A stretch of DNA of 64,000 nucleotides from Squalus acanthias (lineage: Eukaryota), in contig CM059438.1 in the NCBI GenBank assembly GCA_030390025.1, positions 67,706,001 to 67,770,000 on the forward strand, read 5' to 3'. The translations under genes and the position numbers were made by a program. The notes beneath the pieces were generated by a model. The model had not been told where the DNA came from. It saw nothing but the letters and a program-made list of their open reading frames with translations, and searched no databases. Positions 23,317 through 34,288 of the stretch are shown one piece after another (within the stretch, counting starts at the first letter, position 1; each line of letters starts with the position of its first letter).

Positions 23317-25721
23317 GGGCCGCGATTTCGCCAACCAAGGCGGGTCAGGGGCGGCCGGGGTCGGTAGCGTGGTGCCAGCCCCCTGTCTACTGCAGCCCGC
23401 ACTCTCCAAGTGATTTGACGTTGATTGGGCTTGTTAAGCCACCCAGCGAGGTTCCCGGCCAATTAATAGGAAGCGGGTCTGATGACATCATTTGATGACA
23501 CGTCATCAGCCGGTTTCCTTAAAGGGGCCATGTCCCAATTCATCTTGACAGTTCTGTTGTCAGTGTTCTACAGCATTGAAGTGCTGCAAACACTGACAAG
23601 CACTGCACAAAGGTGCAAAGCTGCACCCAGGCTCTCGCGTGACTCCCTCGAGTCACAGCATGCGGGGAGGTTCTCTGCCCTTCCCATGGGCGGAAGACAC
23701 CTCCCCAGGACGCCAACACAGCCTGGTTGCACATTGCACAGGAGGGCACAAGCAGGGATGTCATCAGGAGGACCAGGCTGCAGTGGCGCTAACCTTTCAA
23801 TGATCCCAGTAGATCACGAAACTTTGCTGCCAAGCCACACTCAGCCTCATCCCGCTGTGCCACTCATCACATCCACATCACTCTGGCTTCCCTACCCTAC
23901 TCCTGCACATCTTTACTCACAACAGCTTACCTTGCACCGCCACCCATCCCTCTCTATCTACATTATCACTTCCCCATTTCACTAGCCACCCCTCACACTC
24001 ACCCCCATCCTACTGCAAGCATACCAACTGACAACACACAAGTGCAGGCACTTGGGTGGTTTAGCCAGTATTCATGTGAAGTTTCTGGTAATGTGCTGTC
24101 AAACATTGAAACCTTTATTTTCAGCACTTTGTGTTCTTGGACAGATTTTTGTGCATCTTTGGAAGTGGCTTAGTGAGTTGCAGTGAATGGTGAGACATAA
24201 CGTTACCCCCCCCCCCACCCCCCGCCCCCCCTTGCAATGGTGACGAGTGTGAAAGGAATGGCTTGGGCATTGTAGGGATGCTTTATGGTGTTGCTGTGGG
24301 GTGGTGCCAACCTGGCGCATCATTTGGCATCCAGGGTGTACAGCGTCAAGTGAAGTAAATCTGGCCATGGTGAGGCCATCCCTGGCGTCCCAGGCAGCAA
24401 TGCGGTTGGGTGCTGATGCCCTGTGTCCTGTGCAGCATCAGATGATTGCGGAGAAGGGTGGTGGTGGTGTTGTTGTTGCTGCTGGTGTGTCAGGTGATGC
24501 TGGTGTTCGGGCTGATCTTGGTGGGATTTTGAGGACCAAGGTGAGATATTTTCAGGGGCACAGCAGCAGCACCAACAAAGACACCAACCTTCTCCGCAAT
24601 CAACTGATGCTGCACAGGACAGAGGGCATCAGCACCCGAGCACATTGCTGCCTGGGAGGCAAGGGATGGCCTCACCATGGCCAGATTTACTTCACTTGAC
24701 TCTGTGCACCCTGGCTGCCACATGATGCGCCAGGTTGGCACCACCTCACACCAACACCATAAAGCATCCCTACGATGCCCAAGCCATTCCTTTCACACTC
24801 ACCACCATTACGGGGGGTACCGTTATGTCTCAGTATTCACTGCAACTCAGAAAGCCACTTCCAAAGGTGCACACAAATCTGTCCAAGAACGCAAAGTGTT
24901 GAAAATAAAGATTTCAATGTTTGACACCACATTAACAGAAACTTTACATGAGCATTGCATAAAACACCCAAGTGCATACCCTTGTGTTTTGTTAGTTGGT
25001 ATGATTGGACGAGGATGAGGGATGAGTGTGAGGGATGGCTCGTGAGATGGGGAAGTGATAATGTAGATAGAGAGGGATGGGTGGAGGTGCAAGGTAAGTT
25101 GGTGTGTGTAAGCATGTGCTGGAGTAGGGTAGGGAAGGCAGAGTGATGGGGATGTGATGAGTGGCACAGCAGGATGAGGTTGAGTGTGGCTTTTCAGTAA
25201 TGTTTCGTGATCTACTGAGATCATTGAAAGGTTTGCGCCACTGCAGCCTGGTCCTCCTGACGACATCCCTGCTTGTGCCCTCCTGTGCAATGTGCAACCA
25301 GGCTGTGTTGATCTCCTGGGGAGGTCTCTTCCACCGATGGGAAGGGAAGAGAATCCCGCTGCCTGCTGTGACTCCCTCCATAAGCATATGGAGGGAGTAA
25401 TGGGAGAGCTTGGGTGCAGCCGTGCACCTCTGTGCAGTGCTTGTCAGTGTTTTCAGTACCTCAATGCTGTAGAACGCTGACAGCACAAATGTCAAACTAA
25501 ATTTGCGCATGGTCCCTTTAAGGAAACCAGCTGATGATGCATTATCGAATGACATCATCAGACAAGCTTCCTTCAATTGGACGGGAAACGCGTTGGGCGT
25601 GCTTAACAAACCCAGTCATCGTAAAATCATCTCACAGGGCGGGCTGGAGCCAACAGTGAGGGCAGGACCCGCCACCAACCCCGGCCACACCAAACCCGCC
25701 GAGGTTGGGGAAATCACAGCC
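23317..25721. mobile_element. Inverted dimer (fold-back) of a non-autonomous Harbinger related to element C
   Basis: Arms ~23317-24488 and ~24560-25721 are reverse-complement homologues. Each has the Myb-side TIR, Myb exon 1 and part of intron 1, the intergenic 3' region and fused transposase C- and N-terminal stubs. Confidence 0.9.
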
Positions 25722-25811
25722 ATTGTGAGAGTTTCAGCATTTCTTTCATTTACTCTCCAATGTGACGGCCATACTGAAATCTTTGTCAGTGTAGTGCAGT
25801 AATTCAACAGA

Positions 25812-25938
25812 AAAGTACTGCGGATGCTGAAAATCTGAAATAAAAACAGTAAATGCTGGAAATACGCAGCAGGTCAGGCAACGTCTGTGGAGAGAGAACC
25901 CGAGTTAACGTTTCAGGTCGATGACCTTTCGTCATTAG
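25812..25938 (-). mobile_element. Penelope-like terminal fragment with hammerhead motif (C3 mutated)
   Basis: The minus strand reads ATGACGA-A-AGGTC atc GACCT-GAA-ACGT-T-AAC plus the shared tail. Confidence 0.7.
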
Positions 25939-26888
25939 TGGAAGGAACAGAATTTGGTTTTGCAGCAATCTTAACTTTCTAAGTGAGGATTCTTTCTGTT
26001 CAATTAAATTTAATGGGAAAGGTTTGGCATGTGCTTAGTTGGAGAATTATTTTAAGTATGAGGCCACTTCGATGTTACAGTCTTGTTTGTAATGGGTTAG
26101 TTACCTTTAAAATATCCCATGAATAGAAGATATTATTTTGGAGATCATTTCATTTCCCTCCTTCACATCTGTAATTTTGGGCATACATAAAATGAAGCCC
26201 TAAAGTGCAGGACTATCTAGTCACCAAAAAAACGTAAACACAGAACGTAGGCACACTCTCTCTCAAAAGCCATCAAGTCCGGTAGACAACAACCTTCCCT
26301 GCGAGCCCCTCCTCCCCCTTCCCTGCCCCATTTTTCTCCACAAGGTACAACATGCTAAAAATTAAACAAATAAACTGCCCATTCAACCTTTTTTTTTAAA
26401 CAGTCATACAAGAAACAAAGTCTAGCTAACAACCCATGACCATAAACTGTGGAGGAGGGGGGAGGAAAGAGGAGAGATAATGTTGCAAAGGGCACCATGC
26501 ACACAGCACGTAACATTTTGTGTGTGTCTCCATTCAAGATGATATTTTTAATGTCACAATAAATTGAGATTGGTTCACATCCAGTTATCAAGCCAATTTA
26601 GTTACTTGTGCCAAAATGGCAATGCATCCCCTCTCCCTTTTTGGAGGCCAATGTTATGCATTAATAGAGCATATAAAATGAAGGTGATCTCTATATTTGT
26701 TTGAAGATGCATTTACCATTCTCTGAGTGTGTATTCAGTCAGGGCGGTATAGAGAGAAAGAATCTTCTGGCTGACTTATGGTAATAGTCACCCACAGTGA
26801 GAAAAGTTATCAACGATAACATTCTGAAGAGATAGTTTCTCATGTAGAAAATTAAACTTCAGGTTTGAAATTTTACTGACATCACTTG

Positions 26889-27665
26889 GGGCTGGATTTT
26901 GCCAGCCCTGGGAGGCCGATTTGGAGGCGGGACTGCCGGGAAAATGGCAGAATTTGGGGGTGGGTGCCCAACCCGCCTCCATGCCATCTTGCCAGGAGGC
27001 GGGTAGCCGTCCCGTGCCAGGTCCCGTCTCCTTGGAGGCAGGAAGGGATTACATCCAATGAACTGCCTGTTAACAGGTAGTTAACAGGCAGAAAATAAGA
27101 TTTTGCCCACGCAAGTGCGGGCTTTCCGAAGACTCCGAAACCCGCCAGGGTCACCGAGGCGAGTAGTGGGTCTGCGGGGGTCGGAGGGGTCCAACAGTGT
27201 GCTATGGAGGTGAGTGATGGGCGCAAGTGTGGAGAGGTGAGTATCTGAGGTAAGTGCAAAGTGTTAGAAAAATAGTATTTACCTTTTGTTTCTTCCTGCA
27301 GGCTTCAATCGGTGGGTATGCGGAGAGTCTCGCACCTCCGCGGTAGAGATGACAGATGGCCGTTGCATTCTCCAATGCAACAGCCATCTAATTTCTACAA
27401 AAGAAAGAGGTTTGATGAGGTCTTGAATTCAAGAACTCATCAAACTACAGAGAATGTCAAAACTTTTTGACAGATGAAACGTCATACGTTGACGTTCTCT
27501 GTTACCGGCTTTCCCTTAATTGGCCTGCTAAGCCTGCTGGGCGGGCTTAACAAGGTCAATCAAGGGAAAATAGCGTGGGTTGGCCAGAAGTCGATGGAGG
27601 CGGGACTGAAACCCGACAAGTGGGAGTTCCGCCTCCAAAAGCTCCCCATTGGCAAAATCCAGCGG
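26889..27665. mobile_element. Harbinger-type MITE E with internal hairpin cluster
   Basis: TIRs GGGCTGGATTTTGCCA / TGGCAAAATCCAGC, the same TIR as element D. 3-bp TSD TTG. Confidence 0.85.
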
Positions 27666-28751
27666 TTGTTACAATTAAAGGAGGATCTTGCAGAAGATAT
27701 AAATTTTGTTCAATGACGTTTATTGGATACCATTTTTTTACCAAAGAAATTGTATGCCGATGATTGTTTTCAAAATGCATAATGTGTTCAGCCTGAATTG
27801 ATGCCCCTAAAATAAATATCTACATTTAATGGTAGTCATTCAATGTGTTAGAGGACTGGAAAGCAAGCTAGTGTCCCCAGTACTGGGCAAGTGCAATCAA
27901 AGCATATGCTTTGGCTCTCTTGCCGGTTTGTATGGTTTGGCAGGCACCCAGTCTTTAAAATGTCCTGGATTGTCCATATCTTTATTGAACCATGTTGGTA
28001 AAAGTTGACATGTTCTAAACTAGATCCGTTTCATGAACTGAAGGAATTTTTAAAAATCTTTTTCAAAATGTATTTAAAATCGTCCGAAAAAAGCATCCAT
28101 TGCGCGGTGGAGACATTGTTATAGCATTAGATTTGAGCAAAGATGCTTGAAGAGTTTGATCAATTGCGGGCTATAAATGATACTGCCGTTAGTGTAACAA
28201 ATGTATCTTAAATGGTGTTTTACTGCTTGGAAAAAGCACTTTTGAAATACTGCTCACTTTTTACTTACTGAAAAAGACTACATTGAATTTCAACTGCAGC
28301 AAGTAAATAAGTAGAACATTTTTTAGTTACAAATATGGTTGTTACTGGTGTAGAGGACAGCTGCAACAAATTAGTATGGTCTTCGAGACATCATTACGAA
28401 TACTCAACAAGTCAGGAAATACCTTCAATTGATTCAACCAAATATTTCTCGTTTTCCGTGAAATGACTTTAAAAACTAAAAGTTCCAGCTTCTTTTTCAC
28501 AACACAAATGTGCATTGTGATAACTTCATAAAAATTTGAGGCCAGTTCTGGATAAGATATTTAGGCAGAGTTAATTTGGAAACACTTACTCAGGTTATAA
28601 ATTTGATCACAAAGAATCACTTCTGACCAGTTCATACCTGTGTTCGTATTAGGGGAACTTTCTTTGAAGACATTGAGGGGTAAAAAGATCAAGCACCATT
28701 TTGGGGCAAAATTGTGGTCCTTTTGCTAAACTTTCACTCAACTGAATAGAT

Positions 28752-30282
28752 GAACATACGAACATACGAATTAGGAGCAGGAGTAGGCCACTCAGCCCCT
28801 CAAACCTGCTCCGCCATTCAATAAGATCGTGGCTGATCTGATTACTCCACATTCTCGCCTACCCCCGATAACCTTTCACCCCCTTGCTTATCAAGAATCT
28901 ATCTACCTCTGCCTTAAAAATATTCAAAAGACTCTGCTTCCACCACCCTCTGAGGAAGAGAGTTCCAAAGACTCACGACCCTCTGTGAAAAAAATTCTCC
29001 TCATCTCTGTCTTAAATGGGCGACCCCTTATTTTTAAACAGTGACCCCTAGTTCTAGATTCTCCCACAAGAGGAAACATCTTCTCCACATCCACCCTGTC
29101 CAGACCCCTCAGGATCTTATGGGGTAAAAATTCAGTTGGTTGCGCCTCCCGTTAGCGCCTTAAAAGGGCGCTAATGGGGCGCAAAGCCGCTAACACCCGG
29201 GCGCAGCGATGTTTGCGCCGCTCGAGAACTTAACTTGAGATTGTGCGGCGGCGCTAAAACTTACCACTGCGACCACCTGCGCGCGCAGATTGTGACGTCA
29301 TTCCATGGTGCAACGCCCTTGTGGCGCCCCGGAGCGGAAATTGAGTGGCGCCCCCTGCCTTACCGCCTGGCGCTTCCAACGACCGGAAGACTGGAACGCT
29401 ATCAATCGCTGTGGGGCTGGGGGGGGCGCTATTTAAAGGGGGCCTCTTCCTGTCTTTTATTGTTGGTGGCATTTTTGAACTACGCATTCTGAGAGAGAGA
29501 GGGAGAGACTTCTGGAGAGATTCAACGTTGTGTGAAGGAGTTTTGGGTACTGAGCAGCACTTTGCAGGTTCATTTTGATTTGCCATTCCTTGTATCGATT
29601 TAGCAGAGACTGTGGGAGCTGCACTCTGAGCTCTTTGCCTGGTACTCTCCATTGTTCTTTCCAGCACATTTGATGTGCAAGTCTCTCCAGGCCGAGATTC
29701 AAGGCTGCAATGAACAGGATGTGGATGGAAAGCAAGATTAACCATCCCCTTTAAGAACTGGCCCGTGCCATTGTGTGTGTGTTCCATTGCTGACTGACAT
29801 TACATGAGCTTCGCCAGCGCTCTGAGGTAGCGCCTCACTCCTTGGCCTTTGCGCCTTAAGACAGGTGTGCAGCGCCTGCTTTAGCGCTCCACTCACCTCC
29901 CGGGGCGGTAAAAGTGAAGTTTCCAGTCAGTGCCGATAATTAGCGCCAGGCGCTAATATTTGCGTCCAGACGATATTTGCGCCCCAAATGGGGCGCGACC
30001 TAATTTCTACCCCTATATGTTTCAATCAAGTCACCTCTTACTCTTCTAAACTCCAGCGGATACAAGCCTAGCCTGTCCAACCTTTCCTCATAAGACAACC
30101 CACCCATTCCAGGTATTAGTCTAGTAAATCTGCTCTGAACTGCTTCCAATGCATTTACATCGTTCCTTAAATAAGGAGACCAATACTGTACACAGTACTC
30201 CAGATGTGGTCTCACCAATGCCCTGTATAACTGAAGCATAATCTCCCTACTTTTGTATTCAATTCCCCTCGCAATAAATGAT
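28752..30282 (-). mobile_element. CR1 LINE 3' fragment split by a Harbinger derivative
   Basis: (GAACATAC)2 tail and LYRALVRPHLEYCVQYWSP. The sequence rejoins as AGGATCTTAT|ATGTTTCAAT. Confidence 0.9.
29121..30013 (-). mobile_element. Internally deleted non-autonomous Harbinger of family A (893 bp)
   Basis: TIRs GGGGTAAAAATT / AATTTCTACCCC; TSD TAT. About 390 bp match 454-845, including the Myb start (MESTRQRAQ). Confidence 0.9.
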
Positions 30283-30432
30283 AATTTATTAATGAAGGAA
30301 GATGAAAAGGACTTGGGCCAAATTTCAAATTAGCTGCTCTTCCCAAGAATGCAAACTTTATTTTGCTCAACAAAGTTGGAGATCACATTCTTTAGCCAGA
30401 GGTTTGCTGGTAATCACTTCTCGATAGAAACC

Positions 30433-30827
30433 TCGGATTGCCAACCTTCCAGGAGTCTACAGGAATTAAAGATTAACCTCTTGGACTCTGCTGTGAGCAA
30501 CCCGAGAGATAACTCAGTGGGGTATTAAAACAAATTGTGTTTTTTAAATTTTCTTTGAACACTTTAGTTTATTAGTTATAAAGATATTGAACATAGCAAA
30601 AAAATGTTTGTTTGACAGTCAAGGACCATCCAATTGCATAATGAAGAGTCTATTCACTTTCAGATTGGTGTGGGAAGGAAGGGCACTATGAGCGTGGGAA
30701 GGAGGGGCACAGTGAGGGTGGACATGTCGGGCAACTAGTGGTGCGAGTGTGGGGGTGAGGCGGTTGAAGGCAGGAGATCATGTGATAAAACCTCCAGGAA
30801 TATGTCCAATCAAAGTTGGCAACCTTA
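30433..30827. mobile_element. hAT-superfamily MITE
   Basis: TIRs TCGGATTGCCAAC / GTTGGCAACCTTA (TAGGGTTGCCAAC type). Perfect 8-bp TSD TAGAAACC at 30425-30432 and 30828-30835. Confidence 0.85.
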
Positions 30828-31267
30828 TAGAAACCCCCATCCACAGGAACATCTCATTATTGTTAAATATAGAAACAATGAGAAACGGCAGATTTGTGTT
30901 GAAATGTCCTAGTAACAGAAGCAGGGCCCTAATCTGCTGGAAGTGAATTTTTGTTCCTGGTATGAAAAAATGGATCTTTGTCATTTGTTTACATATATAT
31001 TGTGTGCGTGCGTCTGTCCCCCACAGATAATATAAATACATCAAGTCTGAAGCTAAGACTTTGAAATCCATGCCTAATATTAGCCCTAAATATGACTGAC
31101 TTTTTTCACTTTGAGTTTGCTACAAAAATAAATTCTACAGAATAGTTAATAATTATAAGCGCAACTCGAGTGTTTTGAAGGTTTAAGTTGAATGACCTCC
31201 ATGTGGCAAATTAAACTCTCTTTCCAAAGTAAATTGCTTATCTCCAATATTTTAAAGCTACCAGTAA

Positions 31268-31404
31268 CATACTTGAAAGGGAAAAATTTGAAGGGCTATG
31301 GGGAAAGAGCGGGGAAGTGGGATTAATTGGATATCTGTTTTGAAGAGTTGGCACAGGCAGGATGGGCTGAATGGTCTCCTTCTGTGCTGAAAGATTCTAT
31401 GATC
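31268..31404 (+). mobile_element. CR1 3' UTR fragment
   Basis: GGGCTGAATGGTCTCCTTCTGTGCTG...ATTCTATG. Confidence 0.8.
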
Positions 31405-32206
31405 TATTTATTCACTGAGAAACTTCAACGAAATTGCAGTGCATTTTCTTGTTCTCTCTCTTTCTCACTCTCGCCCTTTCTTCTTCCATCCCCCCTCCTC
31501 CCACCTCCATATAACTGTCTGACTATGCTAATATTGTTCTTGGTTAGAGAACTGTGATTGATTACAGTAGCCAAGACAAGACAATGGTCATATCAGCTGA
31601 CCAGTGAAGTGCAACCATTTCAGTGGCTCATTCTTCAGTGATCAATAAATCTGTTAGCAGACTTCATTTTAAAATTGATCAGGAATAAAGTTGAAGCATA
31701 CTTTGCTGGCAGCTCTTAGTAAGTGTAATTTATCTGCTCAACACTTGGTTGATCGTTGCCAAAGAATCTGGAAGTGGTAAACACATTTATTGAGTGAGGT
31801 GAAATGATTAATCAATCAATGGGCCACTATTGTGAAAACTACTGAAGAAAGACATGCCAAAGGTGAAGTTTAATTACTATTATTACATACTACACTAGAG
31901 GAAAGACAAGTTTTAAATAGCTTTTAAAGGTGGCATCTGCCTGAAATTGTGGTATTTTGGTGCTTCTATTGATGCTTCTTCTTTGCCATCCCCCAATCTT
32001 GAATTTTATTCCTTTTGTGCAAGCACACATACTTACCTTCTGCAGTTAATGGCATCTGAGAGAGCGCTGAAAGCTCAAGTAATGGGGGACCTCAACCACT
32101 GTGAAACACGATGGTCAGGTAGATGAAATCATGTGAGGCTGAAAGGTAGTACTGCCACAATTTGCATAAGGTTGTAACCTGCAATACAAGTACACCCCTT
32201 TATGAA

Positions 32207-32437
32207 TGTGAGAAGTCACACAACACCAGGTTATAGTCCAACAGCTTTATTTGAAATCACAAGCTTTCGGAGCGCTGCTCCTTCGTCAGGTGAAGTGAAG
32301 AGATGCATATAGTCACAGCATATATAGTCAGAGAACACTGCCAGATGATTACAGTTAATCTTTCCAACTGCCCTTTATCACACCTCAGCCGACTTCTCAC
32401 ATTTGTCCACCCCAGTCCAACACCGGCATCTCCACAT
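32207..32437. mobile_element. Short Penelope-like element insertion with internal inversion
   Basis: 14-bp TSD CACCCCTTTATGAA at 32193-32206 and 32438-32451. The start TGTGAGAAGTC is the reverse complement of GACTTCTCACA at 32391-32401. Carries a hammerhead on the minus strand. Confidence 0.8.
32257..32293 (-). ncRNA. Minimal type I hammerhead ribozyme motif, intact core
   Basis: Minus strand UCAC-CUGACGA-A-GGAGC agc GCUCC-GAA-AGCU-U-GUGA: helix I 4 bp, helix II 5 bp, and palindromic AGCU in place of helix III. Confidence 0.8.
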
Positions 32438-33519
32438 CACCCCTTTATGAAGCAGAACATGAATGGGTGGGAAGTTGCCCATAAACAGGTAGATCTGTAC
32501 AACCTTCACTGCAACACAAATGAAGTGATGTAACTCTGTGCACACCTCACTCGGATAACTAATGGGTTGTGTCAATATCTGCGGATGAACCCAAGCCTTC
32601 ATTGTAGACATTTGGCAGCTCAACCTGACAACTAACAATGGCTGAGGTTTCCTCTTCAAGACTCGAGCACATGAACTGTTCATCATGCAAGCTCTTGCAT
32701 CCTATATCTCTTTGGCAGCTATACACTGACACTATAAGGATGCAGCCGTTGCCTGACCATTTTAATAAGGCATTATCTACATTGTCGCTTGGTTAAAAGT
32801 ACTTGAGAAAATGAAAAAGCTTCTGGTGCTAGTCATATTACTGGATCAAAAATCAAAGCTCACACACAAATAGAGTTGCTGAAGGAGGGTGGTCTGCCGA
32901 ATTCTGAATGAAAATAGAAAAAATTGAAAAGCCCACGAAAGAATTAAAAGCACAGATTTCCCAAGATTCACATTGACATTTTTGGTCTTTGCCCATTATA
33001 GAAACGTGATGGAGAACAAAAATTTAGTTGAGTCAATAACTTGACCTGGAGCGCCTGTGTATTAGGTCGGAGAGGAGCTGCGCTTTTTCCTTCCAAGCAC
33101 AAAAATATAAACTTTTTTTTTAACATTTAGAAAGGACAAAATCACCAGCAGTTAAAGAAGGGAAAAAAATCAGTCACCTGACTTTGAGAAATGCAGATGT
33201 AGTGGAGAAAATAGTGAAACCACAAAGTTTCTGGTGCCTACAATGTTTAAAGGGACTGGAGTTGGTGGGAGGTGCACACAGGTGGATATACTGTGGCAAA
33301 AAAAATCACAAGATAGTTTTGGATGAAGGCAACCTGTCGGCCTCTTCTTTCTAGAATATCAAATCATCATCTGATTGAAACATTTAGTCGTTTCTTAAAT
33401 GAATTCCGCCTCAACTGCTCGTCTTGGCAACCTATTCCAGCTTTGGATCTCCAGCTGTGTCTTCAATTTGCCTTTTGTAATCCTAAACCTGTGCATTCGT
33501 GTCTTGCTGCGTAAACAAT

Positions 33520-34288
33520 GGCCCAAAATTTGCAATCGGAGGCTTACCGCGGGCGGATGCCTCCGACGTGTAAAAAAAAAATCTACGCATTTACCTGGTG
33601 GCCCGGGAGGTACAGAGACTTGCGCTCCTGGGCCTCTCTGGGTACACGCGGGCAGAGGTCCATGTATCCCAGGGGCACATGATGTTCGCAAGTGAACCCT
33701 GGGATCACGTGGGCCAGCCCAATCCATAAAAGAAGGGAACACCCCTTCATACTTATGGGAGTTCCATACGTACGGAATCCCCATAAGTATGAATGGGGAT
33801 CACTTAAACAAAATACATGAACACATGAAATACATTTTTTTTTAATTACATATTTAAAATTAATTAAAATGCCCATTTAATTAAATATTTTAACCAAAAA
33901 TATAATTTTTTGAAGAAAAAAAGGTATATGTTTTAACAGGGCTAAAAATAAACTGACCTTATTGGACAGGGCTTTTAATGTATAAAAGTGTGATTAAAAT
34001 TTGATTTTTCTATTTTTTAAAAAACTTTTATGCTGGTAAAAGCAGGCCTTACGCCTGCTTTTACCAGGCTTAAGAATTTCACGGGCCTTCAGCAGGCGGA
34101 AGTTGGGCAAATAGCGCAACTCTCCACCCGCGGAGGCCCATCTCCCGGGGATGCGGAGGATCAGTTAGAAGATCGCAAGTTCCAGGTTTTAGCGCATGCG
34201 CTTCGCATACCTAAACCCGGAACTTGCACGACCCCGATAGGCGCGTACACACCTCGTACGTACCCGTAGGGGTCGGAAAATACGGCCC
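33520..34288. mobile_element. Harbinger-type MITE with two internal palindromes
   Basis: Imperfect TIRs GGCCCAAAATTTGC / GGAAAATACGGCCC, GC-rich arms and an AT-rich centre. Hairpins at 33742-33798 and 34033-34067. Confidence 0.7.

Noticed and set aside
27320..27502. CRISPR-like array or hammerhead interpretation of the hairpin cluster
   Set aside because: The hairpins are not repeats of one another, and CAGATGA lacks the CUGANGA/GAAA core arrangement.
26700..28750. AT-rich stretch with protein-looking patches (possible fossil ORF)
   Set aside because: Stop frequency in the frames I translated is near random and no motif was recognised; a translated HMM search would be needed.
32037..32178. 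Minus-strand AG...GTAAGT exon-like segment (similar donor at ~4267)
   Set aside because: Stops in all three frames and a weak acceptor; unsupported without RNA data.
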